The position numbers and the translations under genes are program-made. Below, piece by piece: positions 1 through 8,421 of a stretch of DNA of 42,900 nt (the stretch's first letter is position 1; every line of letters starts with the position of its first letter). Below the pieces are notes generated by a model. The model was not told the origin of the DNA. It saw only the letters and a program-made list of their open reading frames with translations, and did no database searches. The stretch is from IMG/VR virus record IMGVR_UViG_3300031228_000014, positions 1 to 42,900 of that record; one strand, given 5' to 3'. This stretch comes from a virus. Its lineage: Duplodnaviria > Caudoviricetes.

Positions 1-42
1 CAAGTCGTCCGCGATCTCGCGGCCGGTCATACGGCGGGTCAA
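1..42 (-). CDS. partial ORF, possibly the N-terminus of a GntR-like winged-helix regulator (runs off the window)
   Basis: TTG start after GGGAG; MTRRMTGREIADDL resembles actinomycete GntR N-termini; only 14 codons visible. Confidence 0.35.
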   Translation of the reverse strand, partial: MTRRMTGREIADDL

Positions 43-107
43 GGTGTCACTCCCGGTCTGGCTACCACCCATGATCGTGACACCTCCTCTCCGGTGCAAG
101 CTCTGAG

Positions 108-137
108 TTGACTGCGTGCGCTCAGTGCATCTACCGT
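108..137 (+). promoter_or_regulatory. sigma70/HrdB-type promoter
   Basis: TTGACT-18 nt-TACCGT upstream of the plus-strand genes, divergent from the putative GntR gene. Confidence 0.5.
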
Positions 138-260
138 ACCGTGAAGGTGCCCCCCGGTCTGGCGATTGGCGGGGTAACTGCCCGGGTGCCGGGCCGGTTG
201 TCCCTCAGGGGGGCTCCAGCCCCGGCCCGGCCCCGGGACCCCACGACACAGGAGGCCAGC

Positions 261-362
261 ATGGAGACGGTCGCAACCGTGGTGCTGCTGATCGTCGCCA
301 TGGCGGTCGGTTCGGTGTCCATCGCCGGTGGCGTGTGGCTGCTGCTGCGGGGCCGGGTGTGA
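261..362 (+). CDS. small single-TM membrane protein
   Basis: GGAGG RBS at 251; METVATVVLLIVAMAVGSVSIAGGVWLLLRGRV. Confidence 0.6.
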   Translation: METVATVVLLIVAMAVGSVSIAGGVWLLLRGRV

Positions 363-589
363 CCGCCCGGGTGACCGCCGAGCTGGGCCGGCCCGGGCAT
401 CCGGTGGCCGGCGGGCCGGCCCGGCACCGGGTGCGGCTGCTGGACCATCACGCCAGCCCGCCGCGGCTGCTGGCCACCCTCACCGTGGTCGAGGCGGCCG
501 AGTTGCGGAAGGCGCTGGCTGAGGCGGTTGAGCAGGCCCGGGCAGAAGCGGACCACCTGGCCGTCGGCGGCCACGAACCGGGCGGGTGA
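359..589 (+). CDS. hypothetical protein
   Basis: GTGA overlap with upstream stop; helical C-terminus LTVVEAAELRKALAEAV. Confidence 0.5.
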   Translation: MTARVTAELGRPGHPVAGGPARHRVRLLDHHASPPRLLATLTVVEAAELRKALAEAVEQARAEADHLAVGGHEPGG

Positions 590-718
590 GCGGAGCCGGC
601 CCGTACGGACGGTGGCGGACCGGGCACTACTGGCGCTACCGTCCACCGGTCCGCACAAGCTCACGGGGGGATGGAGCCTGGCCACCAGGGTCGGGCCGAA
701 GTGAGACAGGAGTGGACC

Positions 719-1108
719 TTGAAGATCGGCACGTGGAGCTCCGCGACGCTGGCCGCGGCGGTCGCCGGACTGGCCCTGGCCGCACCGGCGGCAGCTCAGG
801 CACCGGACCTGGACTGTTCCGACTTCGCCACCCAGGGCGAGGCGCAGGCACAGCTGGAGAAGGACCCGACCGACCCGCACGGGCTGGACGCCGACGGGGA
901 CGGGATCGCCTGCGAAAGCCTGCCCGCGGGTGGGGCACCGGCTGAGGACGACGGCGACGACAGCGGCCAGCCGCCGGCCGGGCAGCTGCCCGAGACCGGC
1001 ATCTCCGCCGGCCCGCTGGTGGCTGCCGGTGCGGCCGGGTCCCTGGGGCTGCTGGGTGCCGGTCTGTGGCTGGTGGCCCGCCGGCGGCGGGTGAGTTTCA
1101 CCGCCTGA
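719..1108 (+). CDS. Excalibur Ca-binding domain protein with LPXTG sortase anchor
   Basis: AGGAG RBS + TTG; signal peptide; DLDCSDF...LDADGDGIACE motif; LPETG + TM helix + RRRR tail. Confidence 0.85.
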   Translation: MKIGTWSSATLAAAVAGLALAAPAAAQAPDLDCSDFATQGEAQAQLEKDPTDPHGLDADGDGIACESLPAGGAPAEDDGDDSGQPPAGQLPETGISAGPLVAAGAAGSLGLLGAGLWLVARRRRVSFTA

Positions 1109-1270
1109 CCGGGGCTTGCGGGGGGAAGGTTACGGCCCGTCCGGGGAGTGATACCGGACGGGCCGCAGCATGTCCGGGGGACGGCGAAAGGCGCCCCGGC
1201 CCGGACCCTGAGGTCCAAGCCGGGGCGCTCTGTGACGGAATCCTGGGGAGGCTCCGTGTCGCCGGTCAGC

Positions 1271-1591
1271 CTACAGGCCGGGCTCCCAGAACCACGTCCA
1301 CGGCCAGTGGGTTATGTGAGGGACCAGCCACACTGCCAGCGCGAGGATGCCAGCGGTGAAGGACGCCACCGCGACCCGGCGCCACTTCCGCGGCGGGTCA
1401 ACCCCCAGCGCCTTCTTGATGTTCTCCGTGGCGGTTCCGCCCTTGCCCTTGCGGACCAGTGCCCACGTCTCCCCGAAGGCGAACCCGACGGCAAGGATCG
1501 CGGCGAGCACGGGCCAGTACCAGGTACGCAGGAACGCCGGGTCCTCCCGCACCACCTCCCGGGCGGCCCGAATCTCGGCACGAACGCTCAT
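1271..1591 (-). CDS. phage membrane protein (2 TM)
   Basis: two hydrophobic segments; last gene of the minus-strand late operon. Confidence 0.65.
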   Translation of the reverse strand: MSVRAEIRAAREVVREDPAFLRTWYWPVLAAILAVGFAFGETWALVRKGKGGTATENIKKALGVDPPRKWRRVAVASFTAGILALAVWLVPHITHWPWTWFWEPGL

Positions 1592-1593
1592 GG

Positions 1594-1983
1594 CTAGTCT
1601 GCCTTTGCCTCTGCGTAGTCAATGAAGATCACGTCACCGCTCTCGCCCGGGCGGACAACCAGAGCCCAGCAGCTGCGGCGGTCGGCGTGGAAGAGGTAGT
1701 ACGGCGGGATGTTCCCGCACGCCTGAGCGTGTAGCGCTCGCCATCCCTGGGCGTCGGCCGGCGGTTCGGCCACGGCCGCGTTCAGGAAGGAGTTGGCCAG
1801 CCCGAGTACCCGCACGCCTTGCCGGCCAGCCGCGGAGGTAACCTCCAGCACCCCGGCGCTGCCGTCACGCCAGCGGACTCCAGCGCCCCCGCACTCGCAC
1901 CACCGCCACGCCCGGCTGGTCTGCCAGTGCCGGGAAGGCGCCACGATGTCGCTGCACTCGGTGCAGACCATGGCCTTGGTCAA
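1594..1983 (-). CDS. hypothetical protein, putative Zn-binding
   Basis: CTEC...WCECG motifs; coupled to neighbours. Confidence 0.6.
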   Translation of the reverse strand: MTKAMVCTECSDIVAPSRHWQTSRAWRWCECGGAGVRWRDGSAGVLEVTSAAGRQGVRVLGLANSFLNAAVAEPPADAQGWRALHAQACGNIPPYYLFHADRRSCWALVVRPGESGDVIFIDYAEAKAD

Positions 1984-2111
1984 GGCCGCCTCCGATCCTC
2001 ACGCCCAGCCGGCCCGCCCGGCACCGGACCCCGCCGTGCCTCGGCCCGCCACGCAGCCCACTGCCGGGGCAGCAGATCCCGCATCACCTCGTAGGGCAGG
2101 CGGCGGATCAC
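1980..2111 (-). CDS. small hypothetical protein (43 aa, not in ORF track)
   Basis: MIRRLPYEVMRDLLPRQWAAW...; 4-nt overlaps with genes on both sides. Confidence 0.45.
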   Translation of the reverse strand: MIRRLPYEVMRDLLPRQWAAWRAEARRGPVPGGPAGREDRRRP

Positions 2112-2326
2112 CGCGGCTTCCTCTCGATGCCGGTCACCACGTAGCTGACGCCGTCCATCTGGCTGTCCTGCCGCCGCACCGCCACCTGCCAGCCGTGGAT
2201 CTCGAAGTGCTCCACCCGCACTCCGCCAGCGTTGGCTAGCGAGTCCAGCCCGTCGGCGATCGCCCGCAGGTCATGCGCGGCCAGCTCCAGCTCCGGGCTG
2301 CCCGGGTCGGTGGTCAGGCGGCTCAC
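2108..2326 (-). CDS. hypothetical protein
   Basis: GTGA overlap with holin stop; globular-looking sequence. Confidence 0.55.
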   Translation of the reverse strand: MSRLTTDPGSPELELAAHDLRAIADGLDSLANAGGVRVEHFEIHGWQVAVRRQDSQMDGVSYVVTGIERKPR

Positions 2327-2601
2327 CGGCGCGACTCCGCAGCCCGCACCGCTGCGGCGACGGACCGGCCGGACCATGCCTTCCGGCGGGCGAGCCAGCC
2401 GGCGACCAGCGGCGCGGCCACGGTCGCCAGGCCGAGGATGGCACCCTGCTGCACGTCGGACAGGTCCAGCCCGAACGAGATTGCCAGCGACAGCAGGAAG
2501 CCGACTGCGGCGACGACGGCGGCCGGTTTGAGCACTGGTTCGGCGCTGGTCTCGTCCAGTGTCAGCCGCTCACCGCTAGCACCCTCAACGATCTTGGTCA
2601 T
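2323..2601 (-). CDS. putative holin
   Basis: GGAGG RBS; 2 TM; EPV...FGLDLSDVQQGAIL pattern typical of actinophage holins; basic C-tail. Confidence 0.7.
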   Translation of the reverse strand: MTKIVEGASGERLTLDETSAEPVLKPAAVVAAVGFLLSLAISFGLDLSDVQQGAILGLATVAAPLVAGWLARRKAWSGRSVAAAVRAAESRR

Positions 2602-2629
2602 GGTTGATCCTCCGGTCTACGGTCTGGGG

Positions 2630-2965
2630 ATGGGCGGCACCGGTGAGGCTGAGGGCCGGCTGTACCTGGAGTGGCTGGCGCACACCTGCCGGGGCCGGTG
2701 GCAGCGGACCAGCCGCCCGGAGCGCACCTCCCGCGGCCTGGAAGTGACCGTGGGGACGCTCCGGGACGGCAGGTGGTACGTGGAGGTCGTCAAGAACGGC
2801 GGGGATGAGGCCCGGCCGTACCCGGACGAGCAGGCCGCGCTGGCCGTGGCCCGGGCGTGGATGCGGCGGCTGGGCGGCCAGTGGGAGCAGCTGCCCTGCT
2901 ACCCGACCCACGGGTGGCAGGACGGGGAGCGGCAGGATCAGCCGCCATGCGGCGCAGGGTCCTGA
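2630..2965 (+). CDS. reverse-strand hypothetical protein, probably leaderless
   Basis: TACGGT -10 box 6 nt before ATG; high GC3; fills the gap between minus-strand genes. Confidence 0.6.
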   Translation: MGGTGEAEGRLYLEWLAHTCRGRWQRTSRPERTSRGLEVTVGTLRDGRWYVEVVKNGGDEARPYPDEQAALAVARAWMRRLGGQWEQLPCYPTHGWQDGERQDQPPCGAGS

Positions 2966-3171
2966 GCCTCTGCGGCCCGCTCCCGCGCAGGCGGCACCGG
3001 TGTCCCCGCGGCCGTAAGCGCCGCGGTCAGGTCCGCCACTCGCTGCTCCATGTTCTGCATCCGCGAGTTGACCAGCACGTGCACCTGTTTGACCTGCTTG
3101 CGGGTGCGCCACGTCGTCACCGCGCTGGCGAGCACCACCAACGCGGTCGCCAACGCCAGCAGCTCCGTCAC
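2938..3171 (-). CDS. lysis-region membrane protein (TM + coiled coil)
   Basis: N-terminal TM; VHVLVNSRM followed by coiled coil. Confidence 0.65.
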   Translation of the reverse strand: MTELLALATALVVLASAVTTWRTRKQVKQVHVLVNSRMQNMEQRVADLTAALTAAGTPVPPARERAAEAQDPAPHGG

Positions 3172-3193
3172 ACCAGGTCACCTTCCCCTCGGA

Positions 3194-3505
3194 TCACCGG
3201 CCGGTGGACCGCTGGGTCCGCAGCAGCAGCACAATCAGGTGCACGATCCCAGCCAGCAGCGCCGCGTAAAGCACCACCCGCAGGACCGTGCGCAGGGCGT
3301 CAGCCCAGCCGTTTCCGATCAGGTCAACGGCAATCGCAGCCACCATGATCGTCATAACGGTGGCCATGAACCCGAACACCACCCGGCCTATCGGGGAACC
3401 GCGCCACCGCGACCGCAGCCCGTACAGGCCGACGAACACGACCAGCCCCGCCGCGTCCAGCAGGAACAACACGTCCCCGACCAGGTCCAGCACCGTCCAC
3501 AGCAT
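3194..3505 (-). CDS. putative holin-like 3-TM protein
   Basis: three TM segments; WRGSPIGR motif seen in actinophage lysis membrane proteins. Confidence 0.7.
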   Translation of the reverse strand: MLWTVLDLVGDVLFLLDAAGLVVFVGLYGLRSRWRGSPIGRVVFGFMATVMTIMVAAIAVDLIGNGWADALRTVLRVVLYAALLAGIVHLIVLLLRTQRSTGR

Positions 3506-3691
3506 TTAAGCGGCCCTCCGCAGCCGGAACGAGCGTTCAATCTCGGCGGCGAACCGGTCCGTTTCCACGGTCTGCCGCTGCGCGTCGCGGAACCGCTGCT
3601 GCGCGGCGCGCAGCGCTGCCTCTACCGCCAGCCCGTTGCGTTCACACGGGTCCGCCGGCGGCGTCCGGCGCCGGAACAAGCGCCACGGCAT
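3506..3691 (-). CDS. small lysis-cassette protein
   Basis: coupled to neighbours; C-terminal DRFAAEIERSF. Confidence 0.6.
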   Translation of the reverse strand: MPWRLFRRRTPPADPCERNGLAVEAALRAAQQRFRDAQRQTVETDRFAAEIERSFRLRRAA

Positions 3692-3990
3692 CAGCGTTCG
3701 CCACCCGCAGCAGGCGAGGCGGCCATCCCTCGCAACAACGACATGGTCTTCTCCTGGTTCAGCGCCAGCAGGTCACCCCTCGCCGCCTCCGTGCGCGTGA
3801 TCTCCCATAGCCGGCCGATCTGCTGGTCCTTGTCCGCGATCAGCCTGTCGTAGGCGGCGACGAGCCGGTCGACCTGCCGGCCGGGGACTAGCCAGCCACG
3901 CATCATCGCCAGCACCACCAGCACGACGAAGCCGACCCAGCCGCCGATGTCCACCAGCGGCTGGAGCGTCTCCGCTGTCATGTCCGGCAC
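3691..3990 (-). CDS. lysis-cassette membrane protein (TM + coiled coil)
   Basis: GGAG RBS; TM then RGWLVPGRQVDRL; follows the endolysin. Confidence 0.7.
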   Translation of the reverse strand: MPDMTAETLQPLVDIGGWVGFVVLVVLAMMRGWLVPGRQVDRLVAAYDRLIADKDQQIGRLWEITRTEAARGDLLALNQEKTMSLLRGMAASPAAGGER

Positions 3991-4025
3991 CTGCCCTCCC
4001 CCGATGTGGCGGTGCCCCGCCTGAT

Positions 4026-5009
4026 TTAGCCGCCGCTGTCGCCGGCCGGAACCACCGGCCCCAGCCGGCGGACGATCTCGTCCACCACCTGCTGTGCGGT
4101 CAGGTCCCCGGTGCCGGCCTGCTGGACCAGCTCGGCCAGCTCGGCACGCTCCCGGGCGGCCTGCTCCAGCGCCTCGACCAGCTCGCCCAACTCGGCCTGC
4201 CGCTCCGCCCGCTCCGCGACCGCCGCGGCGTCCAGCAGCTGCTGCACCTCCGCGGCCACGTCCCGGCCCGCCACGTGAGCCAGGATCGCCCGCTGGTTGG
4301 CTAGCAGGTCCCGCGCCACTGGTTGCAGCCTTGCCGCATACTCGTTCGTCCACGCCTGCTTGCCGGCGGCGGTCCCGGGCCGGTCGTCACGATCGCTCTT
4401 GACTGGCCACCCCCACACCGCCGCAGCAATCTCATCCACCGTGGGCATGTCATCCTCCTGCTTGATCAGCTCAGCTACCCGCCGCCGGAACGCGGTCATG
4501 TCCACACCGGCCGGGTCCGACTTGCCATCCTGGTGCTCCCGGTGCGCCACCACCCGCCACGGCTCCCAACCCATGTGCCGGCAGATCGCCGCCACACCCC
4601 GCCGGTACGAGTCGAGCATCACCGCCGTCCAGGGTTCGCCCCGGTTGTCGTTCTGCGCCTCCACGCCGAGCAGCTGGTAGTTGCCGAACCCCTTGTGTGG
4701 TCCCTTGTGGCCGAGCAGCACGTGGTTGCACCGCCCCGACGCGCCGACCGTCCACTGGCCGGAGCGGGACAGGTACAGCTGGGAGATCGGCACCGGAGCC
4801 GACGTGGAGCCGGTTTCCCACAGCACCCGCATCTCCCCGGCGTCGGAGCTGGTGCGGGAACCGGCGGTGGCGTGGCACACCACCCCCCGCAGCGGCCCGA
4901 CCCCGACGACCTCACCCCACCGGTCCGACCCGCGGGTCCGCCAACCCGGGTACTCGTGGACGGTCAACCCCGCCTTGCGGAGCACGTCAGCAAGCCACAG
5001 CACGCGCAT
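4026..5009 (-). CDS. endolysin, N-acetylmuramoyl-L-alanine amidase (Amidase_2)
   Basis: WLADVLR..PGWRTRG start; CHATAG, GVEAQN and AHREH..KSDP Zn-amidase motifs. Confidence 0.9.
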   Translation of the reverse strand: MRVLWLADVLRKAGLTVHEYPGWRTRGSDRWGEVVGVGPLRGVVCHATAGSRTSSDAGEMRVLWETGSTSAPVPISQLYLSRSGQWTVGASGRCNHVLLGHKGPHKGFGNYQLLGVEAQNDNRGEPWTAVMLDSYRRGVAAICRHMGWEPWRVVAHREHQDGKSDPAGVDMTAFRRRVAELIKQEDDMPTVDEIAAAVWGWPVKSDRDDRPGTAAGKQAWTNEYAARLQPVARDLLANQRAILAHVAGRDVAAEVQQLLDAAAVAERAERQAELGELVEALEQAARERAELAELVQQAGTGDLTAQQVVDEIVRRLGPVVPAGDSGG

Positions 5010-5160
5010 AGCCACACCCCCGTCGGGTCGGATCGTGGACAGGTGGGCGCGGCCAGCAGGCACAGGTTGCAAAGCAGGCGCATACTGGGGGACGAAGCGG
5101 CCCCGGGCGGCGATGCAAGCGCCGGCTCCGGGGCCTTGATCCCTACCAAGGAGGGACCCT

Positions 5161-5340
5161 GTGCCTAACCGTATCCGCCTCGCGGCAGCAGCCGCGGCAG
5201 CTGTGGCAGTCCTGGGCATCGCCTTCGGCGGCGGCTGGCTCGCCCGAGGCGAGCTGGAGTACCCGAACTGCCCGACCGAGGACAGCTGCTCGATCGACTA
5301 CCGCGACGGTGCCTGGCACATCGAAGAGGACCGACCCTAG
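5161..5340 (+). CDS. small exported/membrane-anchored protein (59 aa, not in ORF track)
   Basis: AAGGAGG RBS; MPNRIRLAAAAAAAVAVLGIAFGGGWL...CPTEDSCSIDYRDGAWH; stop shares CTAG with the convergent gene. Confidence 0.7.
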   Translation: MPNRIRLAAAAAAAVAVLGIAFGGGWLARGELEYPNCPTEDSCSIDYRDGAWHIEEDRP

Positions 5341-6038
5341 AACGGGATCACGGTCAAGTTTCGGAACAGAAACGCGCCCTCGTCACTGGCGTTGAACTCG
5401 TCTACCCGGTACTTCGCGGTGAATGTGTGGAGACCTGCGTTCAGTCCATCAACCAGGGAAACCTTGGACGCCGACATTTCCGCTCCCGGGTGCAACGACG
5501 CCGACCCGTCTCCCCTGGTAAAACCCAGGTGGACAGCGGTCGCCGTACTCGCGGCTACGGTAGAGGCGCCCGTGATCGCGTAGCCCATGTAGCAGGTCAC
5601 CTCGCCGTCCTGCCCCGTCGGGCTTGCAAACAGGGCAGCCGACGCGATCACCAGCGCCCGGCCACTGGCGCCTATCGTCACATCAGTCACCGCCGGGCCG
5701 CCGGTGAGGTCCACGAACGCGCCGCTGGTGCTGGTGGCAACCACTTCATCCGGTGTCTCCGCTGAGCGGATCGCCTCGCCCAGGATTGTGAGCGCCAGCT
5801 GAGAGATCAGCTCCTGGCGCATGAAGATGCTAGGCGGCTCGGTAGTAACCTCGAACACCCGCGCCAGTGCCGAGTCCTCCGCCAGCAGCCGGCCGCCTTG
5901 GATGCGCAGACCGCCCCGGCCGATACTCGCGGCTTCCAGGCGGCGGGCAGTCCGCAGCTGCTTGACCTGTTCCTCCAGCGCATCCACCCGCCGCATCAGG
6001 TCGCCCTTGGACACCGCGGCGTCGGAGACTACGCCCAT
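5337..6038 (-). CDS. minor tail protein
   Basis: DLMRRVDALEEQV coiled coil and SIGRGGLRI; beta-rich C-terminus GLNAGLHTFTAKYR; synteny. Confidence 0.75.
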   Translation of the reverse strand: MGVVSDAAVSKGDLMRRVDALEEQVKQLRTARRLEAASIGRGGLRIQGGRLLAEDSALARVFEVTTEPPSIFMRQELISQLALTILGEAIRSAETPDEVVATSTSGAFVDLTGGPAVTDVTIGASGRALVIASAALFASPTGQDGEVTCYMGYAITGASTVAASTATAVHLGFTRGDGSASLHPGAEMSASKVSLVDGLNAGLHTFTAKYRVDEFNASDEGAFLFRNLTVIPF

Positions 6039-6039
6039 G

Positions 6040-8421
6040 TCAGCTCACCACCTGCCCCTGGGGATCGAGCAGGATCGGCCGCCACAGACCGGCCTGCTCG
6101 TCCACCTCGTAACCGACCATGCGGCCCGATCCGACCACTCCAGACGGGTGCCGGTGGCCCCGCAGCTGCCACTGCACGTCGTCTCCCAGCTGGGCGTCGA
6201 CACCCAGCCGCGGGTAGACGCCTAGCCTGGCTGCGATGTCCCACACCTGCCCGCCGTGGCGCAGCCGAGCCAGCTCGGCCGCCGCCGCCGCGTCCAGCGC
6301 CGCCTGGCTGGTCGCCGCGGACGACAGCTCCAGCAGGTGCTCCACGACCGGCGCGCCACCGTCCAGGGCGCCCTGGTCGACCGCCGGCACAGATGCGGGC
6401 TGGTCCTCCCCTTCGCCCGGGGCCACCGCAACGACGTGGTTCCCGTACCGGTCGGAGGTGTAGTCCTCCATCAGGTCGTACGTGGCCTCGGAGCCGGCCA
6501 CAGACTCGAACACACTGCTGGCGGTGGTCTCGAACAGCGGCGCGAGCCCGTTACCGGTTTGCCCGATCCGCGCAGCCAGTCGGATGATCTTACGGACCGT
6601 GTTCTTATTGCCGTCGGTCCAGTCTAGGTCCACCGTGAACTCCAGCCCGCCTGCGGCCAGCTCCCGCAGCGCGTCGTACACGGTGGTCCGGTCTGTCGCA
6701 ATGTAGACAGGGCTGATCAGGTCACCGGTGGCCTGCACGTCCAGCGTGAACCCCAGCCCGGAGCCAACGCCGGTCAGGTCACCGGCATCACCGATCAGCG
6801 TCTGCGCCACCACCGCCCGGTCCACACCGACGAACGTGTGGGCCCGCACCCGCCGCCGCCGCAGGTACCCCTCCGGGGTGACCGTGGCAAGCCGCAGCTC
6901 CGGCCCGGTGCCACCGCGGCGGGCCAGCACCCAACCCATCCACACCGGCAGGTCGTTGACCACGGCGACGATGGCGGAGGTGATCGGCGCGGTGGCCTGC
7001 TCGACCAGCTGGATCGGGACATGCCCGGGGCCGGCCAGCGGCAACGGCATGGTCAGCTCGTGGCTGGAGTAGGCCGACAGCAGCCGGCCCACCGATCCGC
7101 GCACATCTGGCAGCTCGGCGATGATCCGGCCGGTGACCGCGTGCACCCCCAGCCAGGTGATCCGGCGCCGGATCTGCGCGACCGCCACCGGTGGGGGGGC
7201 GGCCACCGCACTGGGCAGCGCCCACACGACGGTGCCGCCGACGTAGTTGGTCGTTCTTGCCGAGTCGTAGAAACTGACCCGCTGGTAGACGATCTCCGCC
7301 GGCCCGGAACTGGCACCAGCCACCAGGTAGGGCCGGATCAGCTTCGCCGTCGATGAGTCGATCTCCTCGGCTAGGGTGAACCCGTCACCGGAGCGCTGCC
7401 ACCGCTCAACATGCCAGGTGCCGGCGGCCTCGCGGGAGGTCCAGATGTCGTTGCTGCGGCCGATGGCCACCCCACCCAGGTACTGCCGGTTGAGCAGGTA
7501 GCCGAACTTGACGCCGGAGGTCAGCTCCCAGTCCCCGTCGGTCCACACCCCGCCGGTCCAGCGGCGTACCCGGTACACCGTCGTGGTCGGGGTGGCCGGC
7601 TCCTCACCGTCCCAGATGGCGTAGGCGATGGCCGGCCGGCCGTCGAGCAGGCCCACGTCCAGGGTCCGCGCCCGCTCCGTCGACGAGGTCAGGTCGAGCA
7701 CGAGGCTCAGGTCGGCGGGTACCAGCGCCGGTCCGCCGGCCGAGCCCATGTCGCCGACCGTCGCGCCGGTCACGTCCCGCACCGCGCCGGTGGCGACGTC
7801 GATGGATGCGTAGTAGACCCGCTTGTGGGTGGTGTTCGGCGGGTGCGGTGAGAACAGCACGTCGGCAACGGTCTCGTTCCCGGCCCGTGGCCGGGCCGCC
7901 AGGTACATCGAGTCCAGGCCGGCGAAGTCGAAGAGCACCTTGACGGCAGACCAGGTCACACCCCAGTCGGTGGTGGTGCGGTACTGCCACTGCGAGTCGG
8001 TGGCGTTGCGGACGATCAGGTGCAGCGTGTCGCCGGCCCGCAGCACCTGCCCGTAGGTGACATCCCCGCCGAAGTCGAGCGTTTGCAGCGGCCCCTTGGC
8101 CAGGTTGGTCCGGTCGACGTACTGCCAGCGGGTGAACGACTCGTGGTTGTGCCTGGCATAGAAGACCATCAGCGTCGGCTGCGCCGGATCCAGCGCTATG
8201 GCGACACAGTTGTGGTCGTCCGGGGCGGTGGTCCCGTCGAGCACCGCCACGTCCACCGCGCCCGTGCCGCCGTGGATCCGCTGCACCGTGTTGAGCTGCG
8301 CCGCCACACCGGTTGTACCGGCGCCCACCCCACCGACCCACGTGAACGGCGGGTCGTTGACCGCAACGGGGTGGACCCACCAGGTGTACAGCGCGTCCGC
8401 AGCGGTGCCAACTACGGGCAT
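6040..8421 (-). CDS. minor tail/hub protein (Gp37-like) with N-terminal BNR-4-like beta-propeller
   Basis: DDHN motif and Asp-box TTDWGVTW in the N-half; C-half typical of actinophage minor tail (TGRIIAELP...LGDDV). Confidence 0.75.
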   Translation of the reverse strand: MPVVGTAADALYTWWVHPVAVNDPPFTWVGGVGAGTTGVAAQLNTVQRIHGGTGAVDVAVLDGTTAPDDHNCVAIALDPAQPTLMVFYARHNHESFTRWQYVDRTNLAKGPLQTLDFGGDVTYGQVLRAGDTLHLIVRNATDSQWQYRTTTDWGVTWSAVKVLFDFAGLDSMYLAARPRAGNETVADVLFSPHPPNTTHKRVYYASIDVATGAVRDVTGATVGDMGSAGGPALVPADLSLVLDLTSSTERARTLDVGLLDGRPAIAYAIWDGEEPATPTTTVYRVRRWTGGVWTDGDWELTSGVKFGYLLNRQYLGGVAIGRSNDIWTSREAAGTWHVERWQRSGDGFTLAEEIDSSTAKLIRPYLVAGASSGPAEIVYQRVSFYDSARTTNYVGGTVVWALPSAVAAPPPVAVAQIRRRITWLGVHAVTGRIIAELPDVRGSVGRLLSAYSSHELTMPLPLAGPGHVPIQLVEQATAPITSAIVAVVNDLPVWMGWVLARRGGTGPELRLATVTPEGYLRRRRVRAHTFVGVDRAVVAQTLIGDAGDLTGVGSGLGFTLDVQATGDLISPVYIATDRTTVYDALRELAAGGLEFTVDLDWTDGNKNTVRKIIRLAARIGQTGNGLAPLFETTASSVFESVAGSEATYDLMEDYTSDRYGNHVVAVAPGEGEDQPASVPAVDQGALDGGAPVVEHLLELSSAATSQAALDAAAAAELARLRHGGQVWDIAARLGVYPRLGVDAQLGDDVQWQLRGHRHPSGVVGSGRMVGYEVDEQAGLWRPILLDPQGQVVS

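Noticed and set aside
586-945. Arg/Gly-rich ORF with GTGA overlap
   Set aside because: Overlaps the well-supported Excalibur gene out of frame; no protein-like features
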